NCBI GenBank assembly: GCA_018898455.1 | Contig: JAHIJO010000090.1 | Span: forward strand, 1-63,500 | Source: Verrucomicrobiota bacterium | GTDB lineage: Bacteria > Verrucomicrobiota > Kiritimatiellia > JAAZAB01 | Direction: 5' to 3' | Length of the DNA: 63,500 nucleotides | Part shown: piece by piece, positions 29,378 to 39,833 of the stretch | Numbering within the stretch: the first letter of the stretch is position 1 | How the letters are laid out: each line of letters opens with the position of its first letter | Notes under the pieces: model-generated | Databases searched by the model: none | The model's input: the letters and a program-made list of their open reading frames with translations, nothing else | What the model was told of the DNA's origin: nothing | Translations under genes and position numbers: made by a program

Positions 29378-29544
29378 AGGTCAGAGTTACAGAGCCCCAG
29401 AGCCTCAGGGGGAAAATGTGCAGAGGTCAGTAGTCAGAGCGGAAAACCGGACGAAGCAGACCCTGTAATATTCCGGATTCCTGCTCCGACTGACCTCTGC
29501 CCATCTGATTTCTGAGGCTCTGATCTCTGGCTTCTGGAGTTCTG
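29378..29544. repeat. Long imperfect hairpin of CAGAG/CTCTG short repeats
   Basis: 29398-29408 pairs with 29512-29522; 29420-29431 pairs with 29489-29500. Confidence 0.75.
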
Positions 29545-30315
29545 ATGAAAATAACTTTCTTAGGTACCGGAACTTCCATCGGCGTACCAGCTATCGGCTG
29601 TTCCTGTACGGTGTGCGTGTCTGCGGATTCGCGCAATAAGCGGCGCCGTGCCAGCCTGTACGTGGAGGCTGCGGGACTGCACATGATCATTGACACCCCT
29701 CCGGATTTCCGCGACCAAGTGCTGACGTTCAAGGTCCCGCGGGTGGATGCCCTGCTTTATACCCACAGCCATACCGATCATATCGTGGGGTTTGACGATA
29801 TCCGCCGGTTCAACGTCATTCAGAAGCAGGCTATTCCGGTCTATGGTTCCGCCGCTACGTTGGGCGATCTGACTCGCATTTTTCCCTATGTAATCCGGCA
29901 GGCTCCATCAGGAGTTACGTATCCCCGTGTGGAATTACGGCCCATAGCGGGGCCATTTCGGATCGGAGAAGTCGCGGTGGAGCCGATTCCGGTTGAACAT
30001 GCCGATCTCCCGACGATCGGTTTCCGGTTGCAGGCGGAAGGGCATGCCGTGGCCTATGTGCCGGATTGTCATGCCATGGACGAGGCCACGATCCGGAGCT
30101 TGACCGGCCTTGACGTCATGATCCTTGACGCGTTGCGCCCGGAATTCCATCCGACCCATTTCAACCTTGCGGAAAGCATTGCGATCCTTCAGCGGATCGG
30201 CGCCCGCCGGTCCTTCATCACCCACATTGGTCACCAGATGAGCCACGAGCAGGCCCAGCAGGCGCTTTCAACCGGCATGACTGTCCCCCACGACGGCCTG
30301 ACGATCAATCTGTAA
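29545..30315 (+). CDS. MBL-fold metallohydrolase (PhnP-like phosphodiesterase)
   Basis: FLGTGTSIGVP...CxCxxC, THSHTDHIVGFDD, YVPD, THIGH. Confidence 0.9.
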   Translation: MKITFLGTGTSIGVPAIGCSCTVCVSADSRNKRRRASLYVEAAGLHMIIDTPPDFRDQVLTFKVPRVDALLYTHSHTDHIVGFDDIRRFNVIQKQAIPVYGSAATLGDLTRIFPYVIRQAPSGVTYPRVELRPIAGPFRIGEVAVEPIPVEHADLPTIGFRLQAEGHAVAYVPDCHAMDEATIRSLTGLDVMILDALRPEFHPTHFNLAESIAILQRIGARRSFITHIGHQMSHEQAQQALSTGMTVPHDGLTINL

Positions 30316-30445
30316 TGCGGCGAGAAAGATGAAAAAAGTTGGAACAAATTGGCATTGCCAGACGTCCATATGAATAAAGTGTTATTGGAATGCCTCAGTT
30401 ACAGGGGGAATGGAGCGCAACCGAATTAGTCAGAGGGCTTCAGTT

Positions 30446-30541
30446 GTAGCCGCCGTTCGACAGAACGGTCCGTCAGCTGACGGACCGTTTTTCCCGCTGG
30501 AAGCGGGACAAGATCGAACCGACTCAACACCCCCCTGTAAC
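30446..30541. repeat. GTAG-tagged REP-like cassette (family A, copy 2)
   Basis: 26-bp perfect palindrome AACGGTCCGTCAG|CTGACGGACCGTT (30464-30489); inverted homolog of 6224-6313. Confidence 0.8.
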
Positions 30542-30599
30542 AGAGGTATTACATGTTATTGCAGGTCAAAAAATGTGCAAATAATGGAGGGAAATTGTT

Positions 30600-33500
30600 A
30601 TGCGTAAAAGAACAATGTTGAGTGTCGGATTGGCCCTGCTGTTGGCCGGGTCGAAGGCTTCAGCCATGGAGATCGGATTCAGCGAGGATTTTGCGCTGGC
30701 TACTAACCGTACCGTGGTACTGGGCCAGTTAATCCCAGGCACCGAAGAGTATTATTACTATACCTGCCTCAACTATCAGAATCTTGGAGCGGACGACAAG
30801 GTCGAGGCTACCCTGAAGCTCTGGCTGGCGCGCAACGGAGAAACCCAGCGCAACCGGGAGATCCGCCATCGTCAGGCGTTGCTGGGCTATGGCAAGAAAC
30901 CTCAGTCCACGCTGGCATATCTCAAGCTGAATATGGGACTGTTGTTCGACCATCAGCAAGAGAAGTTCGGGCAGAAGTCCACCTTACCCACCCGGCTGGA
31001 TCAAACACAGATCAGTCGCGAAACGCTGACCGCCCGGGCCTTGGCGGAAAGCGTCAATACGGTTAATAGGTTTGAGAATTCGGCATTCGAATTCCTTGCG
31101 GCCATGAATCTTGACGGCGAGCGCCGGCGCGACCTGCTGCGGCGCTTACAGCGCCCGGTCTATCCGAACCTGGTTAAATTGGTGGTTGACGATCTCGGCT
31201 TCCGGAACTCCCAACCTTTCGGTAGTTTTCCCATTCACCGCCAGCTCTTGCTCGCCCAGCTCGACGAACTGCTGACCCTCAAGCCGGACCTCTTGAATGA
31301 GGCCAATTTCGTCAATATTTATCTCTCCAAACTCCAGCCCGGTCCGGACGTGGATTGGCCGCATGATATCGCGGCCCGGGATGCGTTGCTCAATCGTCAG
31401 TGGACTTTCGTCCAAAAGCTGGCGCCAGTGCATAATTCGCTCAAACTTAACATTCTCTACCAGCGGCTGGCGCATGACCGCGCCCAAGGCAAGTACGACA
31501 AAGCGCGGTTCATGGAATACATATCCATCCCGCGTTCAGCTTCTTATGTGAACCCGAAGTATCTTGAAAACCCCCAGTTCCGCGACAGCCAGGCCAGGTA
31601 TGGCATGGATTTCTCGGCCGTCACCCTGATGCCGGTGGTGACGGGTGACGAAGCGCTCATCCGCGATTATCTGGCGCATTTCTTTGTAACCGAGGAGAGT
31701 TATCTGCCTTACCAGGAATACCTGCGGGATACCTATCTCCGGGAGGTGCTCGCCGAAACCAAGATTCTAAAGGGGATCGGCGACATGGAAAAATGGTATT
31801 CGCTCCTTAATGATCCGGGCAAGTACCAAGCCCTCAAGGAGCGCATCGAAATCGAATTCGCGCCGGTGAATAAAAACTTCTTCACCCTGGCGGAACCCGT
31901 GACGCTGGAAGTGGATATCAAGAACGTGAAGACCCTTATCGTGAAAGTCTTCGAGATCAACACCTTCAATTACTACCGCGACAAGCTCGCGCCGATCACC
32001 ACGGCGATCGATCTCGACGGGTTGGTGGCCGGTCGTGAGGAGGTCAAGACCTACGACGATTCGCCGCTGCGGCGAATCCGGAGCAAGTTCGATTTTCCCG
32101 ATCTAAACCGGCCCGGGCTGTTTGTCGTCGAATTCATCGGCAACGGCAAAAGCAGCCGGGCGCTGGTGCAAAAAGGCGCCTTCCGTTATCTGGAACGGGT
32201 CGGCGCCGCCGGCCACGTGCTGACGATCCTCGACGAGCAGAACCGCAAGGTCGAGAATGCTTCCCTCTGGCTGGCGGGACATGCGTACCAGGCCGACACC
32301 AGCGGCCTGATCACCGTGCCGTTCAGCGCCAAGCCGGGCCGCCAGCCGATCCTGATCAGTCAGGCCGGTTTCACCATGCTCGAGCATTTTGAACACCAGG
32401 CAGAAAACTATGCCCTGGCCGCCGGCATCTACGTTGACCGCGAGGCGCTGTTGAAGCGCAATAAAACGCGGGTCATTCTGCGCCCCCTGCTCACCGTGAA
32501 CGGTATGCCGATTGCGCTCACGCTCCTGGAGGAGCCCAGGCTGGAGATCGAAGCGACCGATGCGGAAGGCATCAAAACCACCAAGGAAGTCCAGGACCTG
32601 AAGCTCTCCGCCGAGCAGGAATACGTTTATGAATTCCAGGTGCCGGAGAACCTGTTCCAGCTTTCCTTCACGCTCAAAGGCAAGGTCCAGAATATGAGCC
32701 GGAACCAGAAGGTTGACCTGGCCGATGGCCGGAACTTCCAACTCAACCAGCTCGATGCCACCGCCAAAATCGAAGACCTGCACTTCATCCGCGCGCCCGA
32801 GGGGTATTTCCTGCGCTTGCTCGGCAAGAACGGCGACCCGAAGAGCGATCGGCCGGTAAACTTGGAGTTAAAACATCGCGATTTTGTCAACCCCGTCAAC
32901 GTCAGCCTGCAGACTGACACGGAAGGCCGGGTGGCGCTTGGCACGCTGAACGACATCATCACAGTGAAGGCGACCGGGCCGGAAGGCACGGCGCATACCT
33001 GGACCCTGCCCCGCGACCGCTGCGCCTTGCCGGCGACAATTCACGCCCGCGCCGGCGAGAAGATCGCTGTCCCCGATATGGGCGCTGCGGCCAAGCTTAC
33101 CCTGCTCGAAAAACGCGGCGCCACGTATGTGCAGGACTGGTCCAAATCCCTTGCAAGCGGCGATGGTTTTATCACGATCGCGGAACTGCCTATGGGCACT
33201 TTTGAGCTGTGGCTGAAGGAAGTGGACCAGGTGATCACCCTGCAAGTGACCGAAGGCGAAGTACGCAACGGTTACATCATGGGCGGCAACCGCCTGCTCG
33301 AGGTTAAAAACCCGGCGCCCTTGCAGATCGGTAACATCCAGGCCAAGGACGACCAAGTGACGATCGCCATCCGCAACGCCACGCCGCTCACGCGGGTCCA
33401 TGTGGCGGCGGCGCGTTTCCTGCCGGCTTATTCGCTTTTCGACGCGCTTAACATCGGCGCCACCGCCATTCCGCGGGAAATCCGTCCGGGCCACCAGGAA

Positions 33501-36500
33501 TCGCTTTATGTTTCCGGCCGCGAGCTCGGCGATGAATACCGCTATATCCTCGAACGGAAATACGCCCGGAAATTCCCGGGTAATCTGCTCGCCCGGCCCA
33601 GCCTGCTCTTGAATCCCTGGGCCGTGCGGACAACCGAGACCGCCACCGAAAATCTCCAGTGGGGCGGGGCATATGCCAGCCGGTCGTCTAGGGGAGAAAG
33701 GGAGGGTATTAGTTATGACCATGGTAATGCATCCGGCAAAGAGCCGGCCATCGGTGATTTCTTTGCCAACCTGGATTTCCTGGCGGGGCCGGCAGTTGTG
33801 CTGGCCAATCTCAAGCCTGATGCGGAAGGCGTGGTAACCATCCCGCGCACGGCGCTCGGGGCCGGCCAGCAGGTCCGGGTGGTCGCGCTGAACGCGAATA
33901 ACGCGGTCTATCGCGAGCTGATTTTGCCTGAGGCGCCGCTGGCAACCCGGGATCTGCGCCTGGCCAACGCGCTCGATTCGGGCAAGCATTTCACCGAGCA
34001 GAAGCAGGTTTCGCTGGTCACAGCCAATCAGGAATTCGTGATCCCGGATGTTGCCGGCTCCAAGGTTGAACTCTACGACACCCTGCCCAAGGTGTACGGG
34101 TTATATGTGACACTCAGCGGCGATGCCACGCTCCAGGAGTTTGGCTTTATCAATGACTGGCCGAAACTCAAGCCGGAGCAGAAACGCGAGAAGTTTGCCA
34201 AGTATGCCTGCCACGAATTGAACTTTTTCCTTTATCAAAAAGATCCGGATTTCTTTGCCAAGGTTGTTCAGCCGTACCTGCGGAATAAGAAGGACAAGAC
34301 CTATCTTGACCGCTGGCTGATCGGCGACGACCTGGGCGCCTGGCTTAAACCGTGGGCCTATGGCCGGCTGAATATCTTCGAACGCATTCTGCTCGCGCAG
34401 AAGATCAAGGACGAGAATTCGGCCACCGCGCAACATATCAAAGATCTGCAGGATATGATTTTGCCCGATCTTGACCGGCTGAACGAACTCTTCCTGACCG
34501 CGATCAAGGGCCGTGCGCTGGAAACCAAATCGGATATCCCGGGGATGAAGGGGATGATGATGCCGGCGGCGGCGGAAGAGGTGGGTGCGGGTCGGCAGTT
34601 AGACATTGGTGTCCCATTAGCCTCTATTACTGAATCCTCTGATGAAAGTAATAAGGAGGGCGCAATAAGGGATATGAAGAAGACATCAAAAAACGGCTTA
34701 ATAGCTAAAGTGGAATCGTCAAAAAGGTTGCGGGCGGATAAGCCTATGGCCAAATCAGTGCAGGAGAGGCAGGAGGGTGGTGCGCGTGAACAAGAATTAT
34801 TGCTTGATGTGGCGGAAAAAAAGTTCGACACCGCCCGGCGCGAAACTCAGCGCCAGTTGTACCGGAAACTTGAGAAGACCCAGGAATTGGCGGAGAACAA
34901 CTATTATCACCAGCTCATTGAAAAACAGAATGCCGAACTGGTGAAGGTCAATCCCTTCTGGCTGGATTATGCCCGGCATGGCGCGGGGGGCTTCTTCTCA
35001 ACCCACCTGGCCGAGGTGGCGCCGAATTTCACCGAGATGATGCTCGCACTGGCCGTGCTGGATCTGCCGTTCGAGGCCCCGGCGGTTGAGACCGTCAGCC
35101 AGGGCACCGGCCTGACGCTCAAGTCCGGGAATTCGCTGGTCGCCTTCCACCAGGAGATCAAGGAAAGCACGCCGGCCAGGAATGCGCCGCCAATCATGAT
35201 CAGCCAGAATTATTACCGCGCCAGCGACCGGTATCGCACGGAGAATGGCGAACGGTTCGACAAATTCGTGACTGAAGAATTTCTGGCGCAGGTGGTTTAT
35301 GGCTGCCAGGTGGTCCTCACCGATCCGGCCTCCTCCCCCGAAAAACTGGACGTGCTCCTGCAAATCCCCAAGGGCGCGATCCCGGTCCAGGGCGGGTTCT
35401 ACACCCGGAGCCGGCCGGTCCAGCTCCAGCCGTTTTCAACGCTGACGCTGGAATATTATTTCTATTTCCCGCAGGCAGGCGAGTATCCGCATTTCCCCGC
35501 CCATGTGGCCAAGAAGGAGCAGTTCGTTGCCGCGGCCCAACCCAAGGCGCTGAAGGTGGTCGAGACACCGAGCAAGATCGACACCACCTCCTGGGATTAC
35601 GTCTCGCAGAATGGCGAGCCGGAAGAAGTGCTGGCATTTCTGAACAACGATAATCCCGCGCGGCTGAACCTCGATCGGATCGCCTGGCGGATGCGCGACA
35701 AGGATTTCTTCAGCAAGGTCACGGAACTGCTGGCCCGCCGGCACGTTTACAACAATGTGCTCTGGTCCTACGGCATCTTTAACAATGCCCCGGCAGCGAT
35801 CCGCGAATTTCTCCAGCATTCGGATGCTTTCCTGGCCCAATGCGGGCGCTACCTGGACTGCGAGCTCGTGACGATCAACCCGGTGGTCCGCAAGAGCTAC
35901 CAGCACTTGGAATACAGTCCACTCGTCAATGCCCGCGCTCACCAGGTGGGCAAGCGGCGCCAGATTTTTAACGAGTGCCAGGCGGCCCAATACCAGAACC
36001 TGCTCGATGTTCTCAGCTACCGGCCGCAACTCGACCAGGACGATCTGCTGTCCGTCACTTACTACCTGCTGTTGCAGGACCGGATCGACGAGGCCCGGCA
36101 GTTCTTCGCCCGGGTTGATCCCAGGCAAATCGCGACCAAGATCCAATACGATTATCTCCAGGCCTACCTGGACTTTTATACCCCCGAACACAAACAGGCG
36201 CGGCGGATTGCCGAGGCCTATCGCGACTACCCGGTGGATCGCTGGCGCAACTTGTTTGCCGGCGTGCTGGCCCAGCTTGACGAACTTGAAGGCAAGGGCC
36301 CGGCGGTGGTTGACAAGGAGAACCGCGATCAGCAGCAGACGCAAATGGCGGCCACGGAAACCTCCTTCGAATTCGCCATCGAGTCGCGCAAGGTGACCGT
36401 CAACTACCAGAACCTCCAAGAGGCGGTGGTCAACTATTACCTGATGGATATCGAGTTGCTCTTCTCGCGCAATCCGTTCGTTCAGCAGCAGGCCGGCCAG

Positions 36501-36932
36501 TTCGCCTACATCCGGCCGAACCGCACCGAAACGCTCAAGTTCCCCGCCGGCGGCAAGCCGTTGATCTTCGATCTGCCCAGGGAATTTCAGAACGCCAACG
36601 TGATGGTTGAGATCATCGCCGGCGGGGTGAAGAAAAGCCGGCCTTACTTTGCCAACTCGCTGGCCCTGCAGGTTATCGAGAACTATGGCCAGCTCAAGGT
36701 CGCTAACCAGAAAAGCGGCGCGCCGCTGGCGCAGGTTTACGTTAAGGTCTTTGTGCGTCTGAAGAACGGCCAGGTTAAATTCTACAAGGACGGCTATACC
36801 GACCTGCGTGGCCGCTTCGACTATGCCTCGCTCAACACCAACGAGATTGACCAGGCCGATAAATTCGCCCTGCTCATCATGTCCGAGACCGACGGCGCGG
36901 TGATCCGCGAGGCCAGTCCGGCGAAACAGTAG
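30600..36932 (+). CDS. 2110-aa exported protein of unknown function
   Basis: Uninterrupted ORF with strong GC3 bias, SD and signal peptide (ASA-ME); helical and beta-sandwich-like segments; no catalytic motif recognised. Confidence 0.85.
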   Translation: MRKRTMLSVGLALLLAGSKASAMEIGFSEDFALATNRTVVLGQLIPGTEEYYYYTCLNYQNLGADDKVEATLKLWLARNGETQRNREIRHRQALLGYGKKPQSTLAYLKLNMGLLFDHQQEKFGQKSTLPTRLDQTQISRETLTARALAESVNTVNRFENSAFEFLAAMNLDGERRRDLLRRLQRPVYPNLVKLVVDDLGFRNSQPFGSFPIHRQLLLAQLDELLTLKPDLLNEANFVNIYLSKLQPGPDVDWPHDIAARDALLNRQWTFVQKLAPVHNSLKLNILYQRLAHDRAQGKYDKARFMEYISIPRSASYVNPKYLENPQFRDSQARYGMDFSAVTLMPVVTGDEALIRDYLAHFFVTEESYLPYQEYLRDTYLREVLAETKILKGIGDMEKWYSLLNDPGKYQALKERIEIEFAPVNKNFFTLAEPVTLEVDIKNVKTLIVKVFEINTFNYYRDKLAPITTAIDLDGLVAGREEVKTYDDSPLRRIRSKFDFPDLNRPGLFVVEFIGNGKSSRALVQKGAFRYLERVGAAGHVLTILDEQNRKVENASLWLAGHAYQADTSGLITVPFSAKPGRQPILISQAGFTMLEHFEHQAENYALAAGIYVDREALLKRNKTRVILRPLLTVNGMPIALTLLEEPRLEIEATDAEGIKTTKEVQDLKLSAEQEYVYEFQVPENLFQLSFTLKGKVQNMSRNQKVDLADGRNFQLNQLDATAKIEDLHFIRAPEGYFLRLLGKNGDPKSDRPVNLELKHRDFVNPVNVSLQTDTEGRVALGTLNDIITVKATGPEGTAHTWTLPRDRCALPATIHARAGEKIAVPDMGAAAKLTLLEKRGATYVQDWSKSLASGDGFITIAELPMGTFELWLKEVDQVITLQVTEGEVRNGYIMGGNRLLEVKNPAPLQIGNIQAKDDQVTIAIRNATPLTRVHVAAARFLPAYSLFDALNIGATAIPREIRPGHQESLYVSGRELGDEYRYILERKYARKFPGNLLARPSLLLNPWAVRTTETATENLQWGGAYASRSSRGEREGISYDHGNASGKEPAIGDFFANLDFLAGPAVVLANLKPDAEGVVTIPRTALGAGQQVRVVALNANNAVYRELILPEAPLATRDLRLANALDSGKHFTEQKQVSLVTANQEFVIPDVAGSKVELYDTLPKVYGLYVTLSGDATLQEFGFINDWPKLKPEQKREKFAKYACHELNFFLYQKDPDFFAKVVQPYLRNKKDKTYLDRWLIGDDLGAWLKPWAYGRLNIFERILLAQKIKDENSATAQHIKDLQDMILPDLDRLNELFLTAIKGRALETKSDIPGMKGMMMPAAAEEVGAGRQLDIGVPLASITESSDESNKEGAIRDMKKTSKNGLIAKVESSKRLRADKPMAKSVQERQEGGAREQELLLDVAEKKFDTARRETQRQLYRKLEKTQELAENNYYHQLIEKQNAELVKVNPFWLDYARHGAGGFFSTHLAEVAPNFTEMMLALAVLDLPFEAPAVETVSQGTGLTLKSGNSLVAFHQEIKESTPARNAPPIMISQNYYRASDRYRTENGERFDKFVTEEFLAQVVYGCQVVLTDPASSPEKLDVLLQIPKGAIPVQGGFYTRSRPVQLQPFSTLTLEYYFYFPQAGEYPHFPAHVAKKEQFVAAAQPKALKVVETPSKIDTTSWDYVSQNGEPEEVLAFLNNDNPARLNLDRIAWRMRDKDFFSKVTELLARRHVYNNVLWSYGIFNNAPAAIREFLQHSDAFLAQCGRYLDCELVTINPVVRKSYQHLEYSPLVNARAHQVGKRRQIFNECQAAQYQNLLDVLSYRPQLDQDDLLSVTYYLLLQDRIDEARQFFARVDPRQIATKIQYDYLQAYLDFYTPEHKQARRIAEAYRDYPVDRWRNLFAGVLAQLDELEGKGPAVVDKENRDQQQTQMAATETSFEFAIESRKVTVNYQNLQEAVVNYYLMDIELLFSRNPFVQQQAGQFAYIRPNRTETLKFPAGGKPLIFDLPREFQNANVMVEIIAGGVKKSRPYFANSLALQVIENYGQLKVANQKSGAPLAQVYVKVFVRLKNGQVKFYKDGYTDLRGRFDYASLNTNEIDQADKFALLIMSETDGAVIREASPAKQ

Positions 36933-36944
36933 GCCTGGCCTATT

Positions 36945-37006
36945 GTAGGGCGCGAGCTTGTCGTCACCGGGGTTGGAGGAGGGCCATGACCAAGGTCCGG
37001 CCCTAC
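36945..37006. repeat. GTAG...CTAC REP-like doublet
   Basis: GTAGGGCGCGAGC...GGTCCGGCCCTAC immediately after the stop codon. Confidence 0.6.
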
Positions 37007-37213
37007 GAAGCCGTCGTTCAACAAGCTCAGAGGAATCACCCGCCATGAACCATGCCGGAATTTGACAAGCTTGATAGGATGGCTGCCACATCGCTTCTTC
37101 GTAAGTATTAATTCAGGACTTGACATTAGGAACATTATGCTGTAGTTGTTGGACAATAAATTACCCATAATATCTATAACCTGTTAATTGATAGAGTAAT
37201 ACTGGAGACAATA

Positions 37214-38398
37214 GTGAGGACATTTGAGCGGACACATAGTTGGCTTAAGTTTATTGCCGATTTACATCAGGCGTCCCCATCCTTATGGATCGCTCTAGGA
37301 GAATGTCAGTCTAAATGTGAGCATATTTCACATGTGCCTCTGCGTCCGGATACAGCGGATAATCTCTACAAGCTGTATCTGGCAAAGGGGGCTGCTGCAA
37401 CGACCGCCATCGAGGGGAACAGTCTTTCGGAAGAACAGGTTCGACAACATCTGGAAGGTAAGCTGAAATTGCCACCTTCCCAACAGTATCTTCAAAAGGA
37501 AGTGGACAACATCATCCAAGCCTGTAATGCCATTTTGAAAGCTATTAGTGACGGTAAAAATCCATCGCTGGATGCCGCCTGGATGCTGGATTTGAATCGT
37601 CGGATTCTGGAAGGACTATCGTTGGAGCCTGAAGTACAACCGGGGGAGATTCGAACTCATAGCGTTCTGGTAGGGCGTTATCGAGGTGCGCCGGCGGAGG
37701 ATTGCGATTTTCTGCTGGCGAAACTCGCTGAGTGGTTGAACGGCGATGATTTCAAACCGGCGCCGGGACTTGAGATCGCCTATGCCACCCTCAAGGCTGT
37801 TATCGCGCACCTCTACTTGGCGTGGATTCATCCGTTTGGTGACGGAAATGGTAGAACCGCACGCCTCATTGAATTTCAGATTCTCATCACCTCGGGCGTG
37901 CCTGCCCCTGCTGCACACCTGCTGAGTAATCACTACAATCAAACTCGCGCGGAATATTATCGGAGACTTGATCATGCGAGCCGGTCGGGCGGAGATATTC
38001 TTCCCTTTGTCACTTATGCGGTGCAGGGATTCCTTGACGGATTGAAGTCTCAGCTTGAATTCATCTGGGCGCAACAATGGGACGTGATATGGCGGAATTA
38101 TGTGCATGAAATGTTTCGAGACCGAGTGGGGCATACCCATGTGCGGCGTCGGCATCTAGTGCTTGATCTTTCACGTGTGGAGAAATCTGTTCCCATTTCT
38201 GAGATCACGCAGGTTAGCCCTCGTGTTGCCGAGGCCTACGCCCGTAAGACCAGAAAGACCCTGATGCGGGATTTGAACGAACTGGAGCGGATGAAGCTTG
38301 TGAAAAGAGGGCCGCAGGGATATCGCGCCCTGCGAGAGCAGATTTTGGCCTTCTTGCCGATAAAAAGTGAGATAATAATCGATACCTATAACGGCTAA
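37214..38398 (+). CDS. Fic family protein (class II-like) with probable C-terminal HTH
   Basis: Fic motif HPFGDGNGRTAR; N-terminal TTAIEGN fits the (S/T)xxxE(G/N) inhibitory motif. Confidence 0.92.
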   Translation: MRTFERTHSWLKFIADLHQASPSLWIALGECQSKCEHISHVPLRPDTADNLYKLYLAKGAAATTAIEGNSLSEEQVRQHLEGKLKLPPSQQYLQKEVDNIIQACNAILKAISDGKNPSLDAAWMLDLNRRILEGLSLEPEVQPGEIRTHSVLVGRYRGAPAEDCDFLLAKLAEWLNGDDFKPAPGLEIAYATLKAVIAHLYLAWIHPFGDGNGRTARLIEFQILITSGVPAPAAHLLSNHYNQTRAEYYRRLDHASRSGGDILPFVTYAVQGFLDGLKSQLEFIWAQQWDVIWRNYVHEMFRDRVGHTHVRRRHLVLDLSRVEKSVPISEITQVSPRVAEAYARKTRKTLMRDLNELERMKLVKRGPQGYRALREQILAFLPIKSEIIIDTYNG

Positions 38399-38411
38399 TG
38401 AAGTCTCCCAG

Positions 38412-38684
38412 ATGAAGACACTTAAAATAGCAAGAAGATACGCAGAAGACAATGATGCCAAGTTGTTTTATGGCGATTGTCGCTCTCTATTGAAGCAGAT
38501 TCCAGACAACACCGTTCAATTGGTTGTGACGTCACCCCCTTACAACGTGGGGAAATCGTATGAGAGGCGGCAGACCTTGGAGGAGTACCTGACTCTTCAG
38601 AGACAGGTAATCAGGGAATGCGTGCGGATATCATGGTTCGCGGACTCAGGCGGGTGTGTTTACGAACCAGTCTCCGATTCCTGA
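38412..38684 (+). pseudogene. 5' fragment of an N4-C/N6-A DNA methyltransferase
   Basis: GDCRSLLKQIPDNTVQLVVTSPPYN (motif IV); similarity ends after about 73 aa with no SAM-binding motif; runs into the convergent gene. Confidence 0.8.
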
Positions 38685-39250
38685 ATCACGGCGGCTTGGC
38701 GCAGGCGGGCGATGAACGCGCTGAGCAGTTTATTCTTTTCGGCAATGATCAGCGCCAGCCGGATGTGTTCGCGGATCATGGCGGGGGGCGGCTGTGATTC
38801 CGGCGGAGTATCTTTGCCAAGAAACTCGTGGGCGTGATCCTTGAGATACGCGGTGACCACGTCATCCGTCGGCTTGGGACAGGAGGCCGTGATCTGTTCG
38901 ATCAGTTTTTCCGTTTGGCGCGCTTCCTGGACTTGCCGGCGCAGGGCTTCAGGCGATAGCTTCAGTTTTTTCAGATGGGCCTGGAATCCAACTGTGCCGC
39001 CGCAGGCCCGGGTCAATTTGTCCACGGCCTGGTCAACTTCCTCCGGGGACACCTGGATGTTTTGGCGGCGCGCCTCGCCGAGCAGCAGCAGGCGGCCGAT
39101 GGCATAATCCAGCGCCTGGCGCTGAAGTGAACGGGAATGCCGGGAGAGTTCTTCCGGCGCAAGATGGCCGTGGAACGCTTTGAGCAGACGCTGGTATTCC
39201 AGTTCTACCAGTTCTTTCGATATTGGCTTGCCGTTGACGGTCAGGTTCAT
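38660..39250 (-). CDS. SurA N-terminal-domain chaperone-like protein without a recognisable rotamase core
   Basis: LTVNGKPIS, AIGRLLLLGEARRQNIQVSPEEVDQA, FIARLRQAAVI. Confidence 0.7.
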   Translation of the reverse strand: MNLTVNGKPISKELVELEYQRLLKAFHGHLAPEELSRHSRSLQRQALDYAIGRLLLLGEARRQNIQVSPEEVDQAVDKLTRACGGTVGFQAHLKKLKLSPEALRRQVQEARQTEKLIEQITASCPKPTDDVVTAYLKDHAHEFLGKDTPPESQPPPAMIREHIRLALIIAEKNKLLSAFIARLRQAAVIQESETGS

Positions 39251-39285
39251 AATGGCTTTGGAAATAACCCGCGGAATACACTGAA

Positions 39286-39393
39286 TGGAGTGCGGGAGCC
39301 AGCGCTCCCGCTTTGCTTTCCGCGAAGCCATTGCTTCGCGGTGGAAAGGCGGTAGCGCCGGCTACCGCAATCCAAAATTGGATGACCTGAATA
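39286..39393. repeat. GGAGTGCG-type REP-like cassette (family B)
   Basis: Reverse complement matches 12790-12896 including the TATTCAGGT(T/C)ATCCA flank. Confidence 0.8.
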
Positions 39394-39412
39394 TAAAAAT
39401 ATTATTTTCCAA

Positions 39413-39802
39413 TTATCCGCTCTTTCTTCCGTGGTTTCTGTGGGCAATCATCTTCGTTTCGGTCTCCACCCATTCATGGTACTTGCCATAGGCGGCCGTA
39501 ATCGGCGTGACGAGAATTTCGGGCACCTCGTAGGGGTGATGGCGCTTGATGAAGGCCATCAAGGGCGCGGCGAGTGCGGCGCGGGTTTTGGCCAGCACCA
39601 GATATTCCGGCGCGGATTCCACCCGGCCCTTCCACCGGTAAATACTGTGGATGGGCATGAATTGGACGCAGGCTGCCAGCCGGGATTTAATGATCGCGCC
39701 GGCCAGCTTCTGGGCCTCCGCCTTCGATGCCACAGTGGTGTTGACGATAACGAGGAGTTCAGTCTTGCCATCTTTCTTGTTCTTTAATCTTCCACTCACC
39801 AT
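39413..39802 (-). CDS. cutA: Divalent-cation tolerance protein CutA
   Basis: RLAACVQ, SIYRWKG, LAKT, HHPYEVPEI. Confidence 0.92.
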   Translation of the reverse strand: MVSGRLKNKKDGKTELLVIVNTTVASKAEAQKLAGAIIKSRLAACVQFMPIHSIYRWKGRVESAPEYLVLAKTRAALAAPLMAFIKRHHPYEVPEILVTPITAAYGKYHEWVETETKMIAHRNHGRKSG

Positions 39803-39833
39803 CCACCCTCAACCTTCCACTCATCTTTTAGGA

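Noticed and set aside
35436-37091. 551-aa minus-strand ORF, and similar long antisense ORFs at 32868-33989, 48705-49715, 42814-43545 and 22516-23268
   Set aside because: They lie antisense to well-supported GC3-biased genes and show no motifs; they are shadow ORFs.
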